From assembly GCA_003516025.1 (NCBI GenBank), contig CP023991.1, positions 811,374 to 843,373 on the forward strand: 32,000 bases of DNA, written 5' to 3'. Under the pieces are notes generated by a model. That model saw only the letters and a list, made by a program, of their open reading frames with translations. It had not been told where the DNA came from and did not search any database. Positions 8,170 to 16,680 of this stretch are shown here, in pieces (the stretch's first letter is position 1; each line of letters opens with the position of its first letter). The translations under genes and the position numbers were made by a program. Origin of the DNA: Candidatus Saccharimonadota bacterium (GTDB taxonomy: Bacteria; Patescibacteriota; Saccharimonadia; Saccharimonadales; UBA4665).

Positions 8170-8729
8170 CGGATAGCCCTGAAGATTCGTGCGAACACCA
8201 ATAATTCATCGTACAGCTTGCCCAGGTTACGATTGTAGCGCTCGGCAAATTCCGGCTTAATAGCACCGGTTTCATCAAACATATCCTGAACATGTGGAAA
8301 ATAAATGTCCCAGCTCAGTGCCACGAGGCCGGTTTCACGGACGGCCGTAAGTAGGCTTTCCACGGCACGAACACCGCCCCAGTTACCATTGCTGGCACCG
8401 GCAAAGGCCACGGGCTTATGATTATACAAGGCCAGTTCACTGTCGAGCATACGCTTAAGGCTACCGGGGAAACTGTGATTGTATTCCGGCGTCACGATAA
8501 AAAACGCGTCAGCCTTTTCAACGATTGCCGTGTAACGCGGGTCTTTTCCTTCCGGGTCGTTGCCATCACCGGGAAAGTTAAGTTCTGCCGGGTCGACGAA
8601 AATAATTTCCACGCCTGGCAACTGGCGGCCGAATTCAGCAATGTAATGGGCGGCTTTGATTGATTCACGTTGTACGCGGGTAGTACCAGCTAAGACCGCT
8701 ATAGTGATTAGTTCGGAGGTTATGCTCAT
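8166..8729 (-). CDS. NADPH-dependent FMN reductase family protein
   Basis: 187 aa. The flavodoxin-like N-terminus is IAVLAGTTR, and the family signature is FIVTPEYNHSFPGSLKRMLD. Confidence 0.8.
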   Translation of the reverse strand: MSITSELITIAVLAGTTRVQRESIKAAHYIAEFGRQLPGVEIIFVDPAELNFPGDGNDPEGKDPRYTAIVEKADAFFIVTPEYNHSFPGSLKRMLDSELALYNHKPVAFAGASNGNWGGVRAVESLLTAVRETGLVALSWDIYFPHVQDMFDETGAIKPEFAERYNRNLGKLYDELLVFARIFRAIR

Positions 8730-8733
8730 AGGT

Positions 8734-9363
8734 TTATTGTACTAGCAGAGCGTCCCAGTCAAAACCATCTTCTGCCGCGGCACTAATTTGGGACTCCATA
8801 GCCGCCAGATCCGCGGTACGGTTACGTTCATAGCGCGTGAACAGATAGGCCATAGGGATACCGAAGCCGGTGCGCAGCATACGTTGATGGCGTACATCGG
8901 GCACGAGTTGTTGCTCCCAGTCGTCAAACAAAGGCATGAATGTATCTTCGACGGCGGCAAATGCCTCATCACCAATATTGACGATTTCATTAGCGAATAA
9001 TTGGCGGGTGTGCAGTTTGTCCTCATTCGTTGCTCCCTCAAGCGTTGGCACTAGCCCGATGCCCGAAAATGCCGCGTCAACGTCATCAAGGCACGATGCC
9101 GCTACCCGCAAACCGATGAGTTCACCAGTATGAAAAGCTTTTGCTACTGGTTTTGATTCTTCCATACCTAACGCGCGGTCAACCGGTTCTATTATTACCG
9201 CGAGACCGGCTAGACCAGCCGCGATTTTTGACTTTTTGAATCTACGGGCCAATCGATCCGGGTATGCGGCAATGCCAGATTCGGCAGCAGCCTCCTGGCG
9301 CAAGGTTGCGATTATATCTTCCGGTATTGGCTCCGCCCGGACAAAGTCTGGTACTTTAGTCAT
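8734..9363 (-). CDS. Hypothetical protein (209 aa, acidic)
   Basis: The SD AGGAG lies 7 nt upstream of ATG 9363, immediately downstream of lysS. No domain recognised. Confidence 0.55.
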   Translation of the reverse strand: MTKVPDFVRAEPIPEDIIATLRQEAAAESGIAAYPDRLARRFKKSKIAAGLAGLAVIIEPVDRALGMEESKPVAKAFHTGELIGLRVAASCLDDVDAAFSGIGLVPTLEGATNEDKLHTRQLFANEIVNIGDEAFAAVEDTFMPLFDDWEQQLVPDVRHQRMLRTGFGIPMAYLFTRYERNRTADLAAMESQISAAAEDGFDWDALLVQ

Positions 9364-9375
9364 CGATTACTCCTG

Positions 9376-10881
9376 TTAATGCAGTTCAGGATAAATCGAC
9401 TTGGTGACTTCGTCAACCTCAGAACGCAATTGGGGGAACGGCACGCCTTCGCGGGCGGTGACGCCCTCAAAAATCCAGAATACGCGCTCGCTGAAGCCAA
9501 GGCCACAGGCAGGCGGCATACCGTATTCCAGCATTTCTACGAAGTCGATATCAAGCATCATAGCTTCATCATCACCACTGTCACGCATCTGCTGCTGCTC
9601 CACAAAGCGCTGCAACTGTTCCTGGGGATCATTTAGTTCTGAGAAGCCATTACACAGTTCACTGCCGGCAATAACAGCCTGGAAGCGCTGTGTGGTGTCC
9701 GGGCGCTCGGGATTCTTTTTGGCGAGCGGGCTGATATAGAGTGGCGTATTCACCAGCCACACTGGTCCGACGACATCTTTACGGATGTTTTTCCAGAGCT
9801 TATCGATGCCCCGGGCGATGTTGCCCTCCTGCTCTACTTCGAGCCCGTGCTCCTTAAGTTTCGCCGTAACTTCAGCACTTGTCGTATTAAGGGGATCAAT
9901 ACCATAGCGATTCTGAATAGTCTCCACATAGTCCCATTCCTCCCAGTCCTTCTCCAGGTCAACTTCGAAATCGCCTAGTTTAAATTTGAGTGTTCCAAAG
10001 GTATTCTGCAGGACATAGCGATACATATCTGTCATAAATTTCATACCGTCGCGCCAATTCCAGTAGGCGGCGTACCATTCCATAGCAATGTGTTCCGGCA
10101 AATGTTCGTCGGAGTAGTTTTCGTTGCGGAAACGCGGCCCAATATCATACACGCGTTCGAATCCGGCGCCAAGCAGGCGCTTCAGTGGGAGTTCATGGCT
10201 GATACGCAAGTAGAAGTCCTGGTCAAGGGCGTCCATGTGCGTTACGAACGGGTTAGCATCGGCGCCACCGGTAGTGTGTTCCAGAACCGGTACATTGACT
10301 TCGGTAAAGTCGCCCTGGTTCAAAAAGTCACGGGTAGCCTGCCAAAACTTGCTGCGGCGGATAAAACGCTGCCGGACATCGTCGTTAACGTTCATATCCA
10401 CGTAGCGGCGGCGCATGCGCTCTTCCTTGTTCGTAAAACCATCTTGTTGGGTCGGCATTGGGCGCAGGCTCTTGGTTAAGAGCCGTAGCTTTTGTACTTC
10501 GATAGATATTTCGCCTGTCTTGGTCTTAATAACCGGGCCGGTAGCTTCGATAAAATCGCCACTATCCAGCAATGGCAAATGCTCGAAACCAAGCTGGCTG
10601 GTACTAGCGTCCATGGGTTCCACTTTATCGCCGCCAAGAAAGAGCTGCAGCGTTCCGGTAGCATCTTTAATAACCACGAAAGCGATCTTACCAAACTTAC
10701 GGATATTCTGGATACGTCCGGTAACTGTCGCGTCCTGCCCTTCCAGTTTTGTGAAATGTTGTGAAATGTTCGCTAAATCATGCGTGCGCTTCGCTTCAGC
10801 CGGGTACGCGTTAATACCCAGTTGATTAAGTTCTTGCAGTTTGCGCAGCCGCTCGTCGCGGAGTTCTTTGAGTGTTGCCAT
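9376..10881 (-). CDS. lysS: Lysyl-tRNA synthetase, class II
   Basis: 501 aa. It has an N-terminal OB anticodon-binding domain, class II motif 2 (GPRFRNE) and a motif 3 region (GMPPACGLGFSERV). Confidence 0.95.
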   Translation of the reverse strand: MATLKELRDERLRKLQELNQLGINAYPAEAKRTHDLANISQHFTKLEGQDATVTGRIQNIRKFGKIAFVVIKDATGTLQLFLGGDKVEPMDASTSQLGFEHLPLLDSGDFIEATGPVIKTKTGEISIEVQKLRLLTKSLRPMPTQQDGFTNKEERMRRRYVDMNVNDDVRQRFIRRSKFWQATRDFLNQGDFTEVNVPVLEHTTGGADANPFVTHMDALDQDFYLRISHELPLKRLLGAGFERVYDIGPRFRNENYSDEHLPEHIAMEWYAAYWNWRDGMKFMTDMYRYVLQNTFGTLKFKLGDFEVDLEKDWEEWDYVETIQNRYGIDPLNTTSAEVTAKLKEHGLEVEQEGNIARGIDKLWKNIRKDVVGPVWLVNTPLYISPLAKKNPERPDTTQRFQAVIAGSELCNGFSELNDPQEQLQRFVEQQQMRDSGDDEAMMLDIDFVEMLEYGMPPACGLGFSERVFWIFEGVTAREGVPFPQLRSEVDEVTKSIYPELH

Positions 10882-10890
10882 AATGTCATT

Positions 10891-10899
10891 AGTATACCA
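10891..10899 (-). promoter_or_regulatory. Extended -10 (TGgTATACT) 9 nt upstream of the lysS ATG
   Basis: The minus strand reads cTGgTATACTaatgacattATG. There is no SD and no room for a T-box leader. Confidence 0.45.
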
Positions 10900-11000
10900 G
10901 ATGCTTCTCTGTTAGGGGCTGGGAGCGAATGGCACTACTTTTTAGCGTATATTTTACTAACATATATTCTAAAACTGGTGTCGTCTGACGGCTTTTCATT

Positions 11001-11030
11001 TTACCTAGAGTATACAGCTGGTGTTACAAT
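11001..11030 (+). promoter_or_regulatory. Putative promoter (TTACCT, 18 nt, TGtTACAAT) ending 6 nt before the NUDIX ATG; leaderless geometry
   Basis: TACAAT is at 11025-11030, preceded by TGt. The ATG is at 11037, and the 6-nt gap tgccct has no SD. Confidence 0.45.
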
Positions 11031-11036
11031 TGCCCT

Positions 11037-11576
11037 ATGCCACATATCCATACCCAGCCGGGACAGCATGATGCTACCGCCAGCGCTCTTATTTTCCGCT
11101 TCGACACTTCAGAACCGCAATTGTTGCTGCATATGCACAAAAAAGTACATCACCTGCTGCAGCCAGGCGGCCATGTGGAACTGCACGAAACACCGTGGCA
11201 GGCCATCCTCCATGAAATTCCCGAAGAAACCGGCTATCAGTTGGACCAACTGCGGATTTTCCAACCGGTGGAACGCCTCAAGCAGCTCACTGGCGTCGCC
11301 CTGCACCCTCTGCCGCTCGTCGAGAACACGCACGCTTTCGACGACACCAGGACGCATTTCCACACCGACCGTATGTACGTTTTCGCCGCCGACGGCGCGC
11401 CGCTCGGCACTCCAGGCGAGGACGAGTCTAGTGACCTGCGCTGGGTTACTCTAAAGCAGCTGTTACAGTACGATGACGCGCTTATATTCCCCAACACGAA
11501 AGAATTATGCGAGTACGCGTTCAACCACTGTATTACCCGCTGGCAGCCAGTGCCATTAACCGATTTTGAAGCATAA
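11037..11576 (+). CDS. NUDIX hydrolase
   Basis: 179 aa. The Nudix box GHVELHETPWQAILHEIPEETGY fits Gx5Ex7REUxEExGU, with His in place of the Arg. Confidence 0.8.
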   Translation: MPHIHTQPGQHDATASALIFRFDTSEPQLLLHMHKKVHHLLQPGGHVELHETPWQAILHEIPEETGYQLDQLRIFQPVERLKQLTGVALHPLPLVENTHAFDDTRTHFHTDRMYVFAADGAPLGTPGEDESSDLRWVTLKQLLQYDDALIFPNTKELCEYAFNHCITRWQPVPLTDFEA

Positions 11577-11580
11577 AATA

Positions 11581-11623
11581 ACCGGCCCGCCTTCGTGGTA
11601 AAGGCGAACCGGTTATGGTTTTT
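11581..11623. terminator. Bidirectional rho-independent terminator between the convergent NUDIX and greA genes
   Basis: ACCGGcCCGCCTT (11581-11593) pairs with AAGGCGaACCGGT (11601-11613). A T-run follows on the plus strand (tatggttttt), and attttat follows on the minus strand. Confidence 0.65.
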
Positions 11624-11638
11624 GTGACGTACGTCACA
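11623..11638. promoter_or_regulatory. Perfect 16-bp palindrome TGTGACGTACGTCACA (CRP/FNR-type TGTGA-N6-TCACA architecture)
   Basis: Read directly from the sequence. It lies 3 nt downstream of the greA stop codon. Its function is unknown. Confidence 0.3.
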
Positions 11639-11640
11639 TA

Positions 11641-12099
11641 CTAGCCAATTGAGGCGATTTTGTAGGTAAGGGTTTCAGCCGGTGTCTTAATGGCGACTTC
11701 TTCACCAAGTTTTTTACCCATCAAAGCCTGTCCAATAGGTGATTCGTCGGAAATTTTACCTTCCAGCGGATCAGCTTCTACGGTACCGACAACTTGGAAC
11801 TCTTTCGTGTTGCCATTACCTTCCAGTGTAACTCTGGAGCCAAGGCGAACCTTACCGGCCGCGCCAGTCGATTTGATGATATCAACGTTAGCGATAATAT
11901 GTTCCAGCTCGGCGATGCGGGCTTCATTTTTTTCCTGTTCCTGACGCGCGACCTGGTATTCGGCGTTTTCGCTTAAGTCACCAAATTCGCGGGCTGTTTT
12001 GATACGCTCGGCCACATCAGAGCGGGAGTTTATAAGGTTTTCGAGCTCTGCTTTCAGCTCGGCGACGCCTTCCTCTGTCAGATGGAATAATTTTTTCAT
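11641..12099 (-). CDS. greA: Transcription elongation factor GreA
   Basis: The track ORF starts at 12114, but GGAGG (12108-12112) lies 8 nt upstream of ATG 12099 (MKKLFHLTEEG...). The motif AREFGDLSENAEY is typical of GreA. Length is 152 aa. Confidence 0.93.
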   Translation of the reverse strand: MKKLFHLTEEGVAELKAELENLINSRSDVAERIKTAREFGDLSENAEYQVARQEQEKNEARIAELEHIIANVDIIKSTGAAGKVRLGSRVTLEGNGNTKEFQVVGTVEADPLEGKISDESPIGQALMGKKLGEEVAIKTPAETLTYKIASIG

Positions 12100-12180
12100 T
12101 TTCTGTTCCTCCATGTTCGCATACCATTCAACCCTATGGTCTAGAGTGGTAGCGCTTGTTTAATGTTCGTATGATAAACG

Positions 12181-13431
12181 TTAGGCGCCAAGTCGCTGCA
12201 TGAGCTCTGTGCTACTAATGTGCTCCGCGCTTTCCGCAGTACGGGCCTTGACCTCGAGAGTCCCAGCCTGAACTGTTTTATCGCTGATAACTACCCGGTA
12301 TGGAATTCCGATGAGATCAGCGTCGGCGAATTTTTCGCCTGGACGCACATCTCGGTCGTCATATAATACCGTAACGTTTTTTTCTGTCAATTCTTTGTAT
12401 AGTTCGTCAGCTGCGGCAACTACTTCAGGTGCGTTTCCCAGACGAGCCAAATAGACTATAGCAGGTGCGACTTCCTTTGGCCATACTAAACCACGTTCGT
12501 CGGCGAATTTTTCAACGATCACGCCCATGACCCTCGTGATACCAATACCATACGAGCCAAGGTATACATTCTGGCGCTCGCCTGTTTCATTGGTAAATTC
12601 AAACTTGGTATCCTGGCTTTTTTGAATGCCGAAATTGAATATGTTCCCGACTTCCGCGCTTTTAACCTGTTCAAGTTCTTCCCGTTTGATCCCTAGCTTT
12701 GCCAGGTTATCGTCATCAAGCACTTCTTCGTTTACAGCCAGGTTCTTTTCTCGGTGCAGATAAATAATATCTTCGCCGGCGTCACAGACGGTCTGAAACT
12801 CATGGCTGAACTGCGTAAACGCGCCGCCACTGGCGAACGTTACATATGTGTCTTTACCAATGCCCAAGCGATCATACACGCGCTTATAAGCGTCGATACA
12901 ACCGTCATAAAATGTGTCATGCTGCTCGGCGTCGAGGCTCATAGAATACATATCTTTCATAATGAACTCACGGCCACGCATAATACCGCTTTTAGCCCGA
13001 AGTTCGTTACGAAGTTTGGTCTGGAACTGGTACACGTACACCGGAAGATCCTTATAGCTGGAAATATACTGTTTCATCATTTCAATGATGGCTTCTTCGT
13101 GAGACCAGCCAAAGCCAACATCAGTGCCATCTTTGAGTTTGGATTTAAACCAGATATCAACTACCTCGTCATCCCACCGGCCGGTCTCTTCCCAGGTCGA
13201 GCGCTTTTGCAGGCTGCTCATAATAAGTTCCTGGCCACCGATAGCATTCATCTCCTCGCGGACAATCTGTTTGATGTTTTCAACAACCTTGAGCCCAAGT
13301 GGCGTATAGGCGTACACGCCCGCCATAACTTTATATACGTATCCCGCCTGGATAAGGAGTTGGGCATTTTTTGAAACTTCGTCAGCTGGAAGCGTTTTAG
13401 TGGTTTTGGTAAATAATTGGGATACTTTCAT
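12181..13431 (-). CDS. proS: Prolyl-tRNA synthetase, bacterial-type catalytic core without the INS editing domain
   Basis: The real start is probably ATG 13431 (MKVSQLFTKT...), which aligns with bacterial ProRS N-termini. The track start at 13506 would overlap the upstream gene. Motif 2 is RGREFIMKDMYS. Only about 30 residues separate motif 2/SHEF from motif 3, where E. coli ProRS has INS of about 180 aa. Confidence 0.93.
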   Translation of the reverse strand: MKVSQLFTKTTKTLPADEVSKNAQLLIQAGYVYKVMAGVYAYTPLGLKVVENIKQIVREEMNAIGGQELIMSSLQKRSTWEETGRWDDEVVDIWFKSKLKDGTDVGFGWSHEEAIIEMMKQYISSYKDLPVYVYQFQTKLRNELRAKSGIMRGREFIMKDMYSMSLDAEQHDTFYDGCIDAYKRVYDRLGIGKDTYVTFASGGAFTQFSHEFQTVCDAGEDIIYLHREKNLAVNEEVLDDDNLAKLGIKREELEQVKSAEVGNIFNFGIQKSQDTKFEFTNETGERQNVYLGSYGIGITRVMGVIVEKFADERGLVWPKEVAPAIVYLARLGNAPEVVAAADELYKELTEKNVTVLYDDRDVRPGEKFADADLIGIPYRVVISDKTVQAGTLEVKARTAESAEHISSTELMQRLGA

Positions 13432-13465
13432 GATCGCCCCTGTTTTAAACTGTACATATTGTACC

Positions 13466-14254
13466 TTAACTGAGGTGGAAAACGAATAACGACATGAAGG
13501 CGACAAGGTTCTTGAGAGCGTGCAGCGTAATACCCGGCCATAAGCTGCCGGTCTTATAACGCAGATAACACAGCACGATCGATAGCGTAAAGGTGTCGAT
13601 GGCCGCTACCCAGAGCAGTGGCGCGCCGCTGCCGAATTGTAAATGGGCGGCCGCGAAAACCACGCTCGTAAGAATAATGGCGATCCAGACTTTGAAACGC
13701 TTGAGCAGACTCGTAAATAGGAAACCACGCACCAGTATTTCTTCGACTAGCGGCGGCAGGATGACCAGGCTAATAAATGTTAATACCAGCTCGTAGCTTG
13801 CCTGGTTCGAGTTAAAGCCCAACTGCTGTTGCTGTTCGATGTTAATACCGGGGAAAAGATTAGTCGCTATCCCAAGGATAATAGCGTAGCCGATGACATA
13901 TACCGGTAACGACACGAGCGCGATGCCCAGGTCACGCAGCCGTGGCATTTTAAGCCCCAGGTTACGCAGCGTCACTTTATAACGGCGGATGAACAGCAGT
14001 AACAGCCAAACCGTCAGGGCTTCCACGACCAGCACATAGGCGAACTGCGTCAAAGTACTACTGAGCCAACCATCAATCTGTGACTCGTTAAAGCCTGCCA
14101 GTAACGGATAGGCGCTGATGATCAGCTCGCCAACGATTGAAGATCCGAGGTATATCAGAATAACGGCAAAAATCGCCGTTACCGGACTCCAGGGGGCGGT
14201 AAACCCTATCGCCATGGTTTTGTCGGCTGCTTTAGGTTGTTTTGGTTTTGTCAT
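13466..14254 (-). CDS. CPBP-family intramembrane glutamic endopeptidase (CAAX protease/Abi-like)
   Basis: 262 aa, multi-pass. Motifs are EEILVRGF (EExxxR), FAAAH and HALKN. An alternative start lies at Met14 (14215). Confidence 0.8.
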   Translation of the reverse strand: MTKPKQPKAADKTMAIGFTAPWSPVTAIFAVILIYLGSSIVGELIISAYPLLAGFNESQIDGWLSSTLTQFAYVLVVEALTVWLLLLFIRRYKVTLRNLGLKMPRLRDLGIALVSLPVYVIGYAIILGIATNLFPGINIEQQQQLGFNSNQASYELVLTFISLVILPPLVEEILVRGFLFTSLLKRFKVWIAIILTSVVFAAAHLQFGSGAPLLWVAAIDTFTLSIVLCYLRYKTGSLWPGITLHALKNLVAFMSLFVFHLS

Positions 14255-14275
14255 AAACTAGGCTTATTGTACGCC

Positions 14276-15451
14276 CTAAAAGAATCTTTTTACATCCACG
14301 ACTGTTATCAGCACGATCAGTGCCATCAAACACATAAACCCAATAGCGTTGATCAACTCTTCCTTCTCCTGAGACAGCGGCCGGTGAACCGCGTGGGCTA
14401 TCAGCGTAATCCACAGCCGTCCGCCATCGAGCGCTGGAATCGGCAAGATGTTCATGATCGCCAGGGTAAGCGAAATAATGGCGATAACCAGCAGAATAAA
14501 AGCCAGGCCGAGCGCCCCGCCCTCTTTAAGGACAAAAAAGATGCCTAATGGTCCGGAAACCTGAGAAGATGCTTCGGTTTGCCCGTTTTGGCGCGCCTGC
14601 GTATTACCGGTGGCCGTGCCGGCTAATATCGCGCCCAGGCCGGCGACCGCTTTGCCCAGGCCCTCAAATGTCAGAGCCGTAAACTGCCCCGTTAAGCCCG
14701 CCGCCACCACTGGCGCTGACCAGGTCGAGCGCTGCACGGCTAATTTAGCCGGATTAGGCACGACGCCCAAGTAGCCCTTAGGGCTATTAGTTTTCTTACT
14801 GGCCTCAACTGCCGATTTGCTGAGCAGCGTGGCATTGGTTTCGGCCGTCTTGCCGTCGCGTATGTAGCGCACGACGACCTCTTGGCCGGCATATGTCTGC
14901 GTGGCTGATGGCAAGTCCTGTGGTGATGATAGGGTTTGTTCCTGACCCTTTGGACCAAGGGCGGTAATCCGGTCATTGGCCTTCAGCCCCGCTTTGGCGG
15001 CCGGAGAATCCTTGGAAACCTCAACAATGTCCACCGTAGCCGTGACAACTTTGGTATCGCTCTTAACAGTGAACTGGTTATCAATAATCTGTGGCATGCC
15101 GACGAGCGCCAGGCCGGTTAGCAGGACGAGAGCGACGACCAGGTTCATAACTACACCCGCGGCCATAATCTGTGTTTTTGCCCACAAACTGGCAGCACCG
15201 AACGTTCCCTTTTCAGTATCGGCGTCACTTTCGCCCTTCATGCGGACAAAGCCGCCGAGCGGCAACAGATTGATAGTGAAGTCGTAATCGCCTTTCGGGC
15301 TGTGAATACGCTTTTTCCAGATTTTTGGTGGAAAACCTATGCCGAATTCTTCAATACCAACACCGTTACGCCGAGCCAGAATAAAATGGCCGAATTCATG
15401 GATAACCACCAGACCAACGAATAAAATAAGACCGAGAATTAATAAAATCAT
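14276..15451 (-). CDS. rseP: RIP metalloprotease RseP (site-2 protease, M50) with PDZ domain
   Basis: 391 aa. It has the HEFGH zinc motif in TM1, a central PDZ-like segment, and NILPIPALDGG (NxxPxxxLDG). Confidence 0.9.
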   Translation of the reverse strand: MILLILGLILFVGLVVIHEFGHFILARRNGVGIEEFGIGFPPKIWKKRIHSPKGDYDFTINLLPLGGFVRMKGESDADTEKGTFGAASLWAKTQIMAAGVVMNLVVALVLLTGLALVGMPQIIDNQFTVKSDTKVVTATVDIVEVSKDSPAAKAGLKANDRITALGPKGQEQTLSSPQDLPSATQTYAGQEVVVRYIRDGKTAETNATLLSKSAVEASKKTNSPKGYLGVVPNPAKLAVQRSTWSAPVVAAGLTGQFTALTFEGLGKAVAGLGAILAGTATGNTQARQNGQTEASSQVSGPLGIFFVLKEGGALGLAFILLVIAIISLTLAIMNILPIPALDGGRLWITLIAHAVHRPLSQEKEELINAIGFMCLMALIVLITVVDVKRFF

Positions 15452-15463
15452 GAGACTAGACCA

Positions 15464-16027
15464 TTAGACGGTCATGACTTCCTGTTCTTTGGCTTTAGCG
15501 GCGTTTTCAGCCTGGGAACGGGCAGCTGTAAGGTTGTCATCGACCTGCTTCTCAAGGCGCTTGGCGTCGTCCTCGCCAATTTCCTTGGCCTTTTTAGCCT
15601 TTTCAATGGCATCAAAGGCGTCACGGCGGATACCGCGCAGCGAAATCATACAGTCTTCCTGGCGCTGGCCGACCTGCTTAACGATATCGCGGCGGCGTTC
15701 CTCGGTGAGCGGTGGTACCGGGATGCGCACCACGCGGCCGTCATCAGAGGGATTCATGCCTAAATTCGGGTTATTACGGATAGCGCTGGCGATAGCCTGG
15801 ATATTGTTCGGATCAAAAGGTGTTATCTGTATCAACTGCGCTTCAGGAGCGCTTACGGTCGCTACCTGGTTCAACGGCATTTGCTGGCCGTAGGCTTCGA
15901 TAGATACCCCGTCGAGCATACTGGCGCTAGCCCGGCCGGTACGCAAGCTTTTGAGGCCAACCTGAAAATGTTCGAGGGCGCTATTAAATTTTGACTTGGA
16001 TTCGTTAAGGACGTTGTCTGCATTCAT
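15464..16027 (-). CDS. frr: Ribosome recycling factor
   Basis: The 187 aa from ATG 16027 (MNADNVLNES...) are collinear with known Frr (LRTGRASASMLD, PPLTEERRRD). The track start at 16060 is a TTG over-extension. Confidence 0.95.
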   Translation of the reverse strand: MNADNVLNESKSKFNSALEHFQVGLKSLRTGRASASMLDGVSIEAYGQQMPLNQVATVSAPEAQLIQITPFDPNNIQAIASAIRNNPNLGMNPSDDGRVVRIPVPPLTEERRRDIVKQVGQRQEDCMISLRGIRRDAFDAIEKAKKAKEIGEDDAKRLEKQVDDNLTAARSQAENAAKAKEQEVMTV

Positions 16028-16033
16028 ATATTT

Positions 16034-16039
16034 AGTATA
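16034..16039 (-). promoter_or_regulatory. Putative -10 (TATACT) 6 nt upstream of the frr ATG; leaderless geometry
   Basis: The minus strand reads ccTTATACTaaatatATG. There is no SD. Confidence 0.4.
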
Positions 16040-16080
16040 AGGTATCGGGGCCCTTAACAAAACAGGCTAAGCCGCCAGCC

Positions 16081-16572
16081 TTACGCGATGCTTTCGCGGC
16101 GAATTGGAACATAGACTTCAGCGTCTTTATTCGCCGGCACTACGGCACGTTGATTATTAGTACCAACAACTACAGCTTCGACCGTCCCATTGACGGCGGC
16201 GAGTCCATCTAACTGATACGCCCGCCAAGCATTGCTGCTCGCTCCGCTTAAACCTCTCACAGCAATATACAAAGGACCGACCGTATCCGTTTCATTAAAA
16301 TCTGAGACTACTTCTTCGACCGACGCCTCGGCAACCGGTTTTCCTAATAGCGAAGCGACCGCTACCCGTCTCTCCCATGATTCTGCTGCCTTGTCTGAAC
16401 GATCCATAAAACCAAGTGGCTGCTCAATAACATCACTAACACTCACCAGCTGCAGGTCCAAGCCGATGTTGGTATCCGTAATAACCGGAAACATACTTCC
16501 CTCAGGTATGCGAAGACCGTCTTCCCTTTGTACTACAGGGAGATCAATATCATGTTCAAAAGTAAGAGACAT
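16081..16572 (-). CDS. Hypothetical protein (163 aa, acidic, cytoplasmic)
   Basis: The SD-like AAGGAAA lies 4-5 nt upstream of ATG 16572. No recognised motifs. Confidence 0.5.
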   Translation of the reverse strand: MSLTFEHDIDLPVVQREDGLRIPEGSMFPVITDTNIGLDLQLVSVSDVIEQPLGFMDRSDKAAESWERRVAVASLLGKPVAEASVEEVVSDFNETDTVGPLYIAVRGLSGASSNAWRAYQLDGLAAVNGTVEAVVVGTNNQRAVVPANKDAEVYVPIRRESIA

Positions 16573-16644
16573 AAGTTTCCTTTATGTTTATTATTACGGT
16601 TTATAGTTCTGTTATACGCCACTTAGGGCCATGCACCAACTGAT

Positions 16645-16673
16645 TTGACTTAATAAATTATAATTGTATTATA
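16645..16673 (+). promoter_or_regulatory. Promoter (TTGACT, 17 nt, TGtATTATA) ending 7 nt before the lipoprotein ATG; leaderless geometry
   Basis: TTGACT is at 16645-16650 and ATTATA at 16668-16673, preceded by TGt. The ATG is at 16681 and the gap has no SD. Confidence 0.5.
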
Positions 16674-16680
16674 TACAACT

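Noticed and set aside
10751-10770. A perfect tandem duplication gtgaaatgtt-gtgaaatgtt inside lysS
   Set aside because: It lies in frame within a conserved-length LysRS N-terminal domain (…NISQHFTKLE…). There are only two units, with no sign of a frameshift, so it is most likely chance.
13432-13506. N-terminal extensions proposed by the ORF track for proS (13506), frr (16060), greA (12114), DUF427 (6752), parA (30102), the LCP gene (27568), rpmE (20963) and the membrane protein (25893)
   Set aside because: The extensions start at TTG or GTG codons, or overlap promoters or upstream genes. Internal ATGs with SD or -10 signals give N-termini collinear with known homologues.
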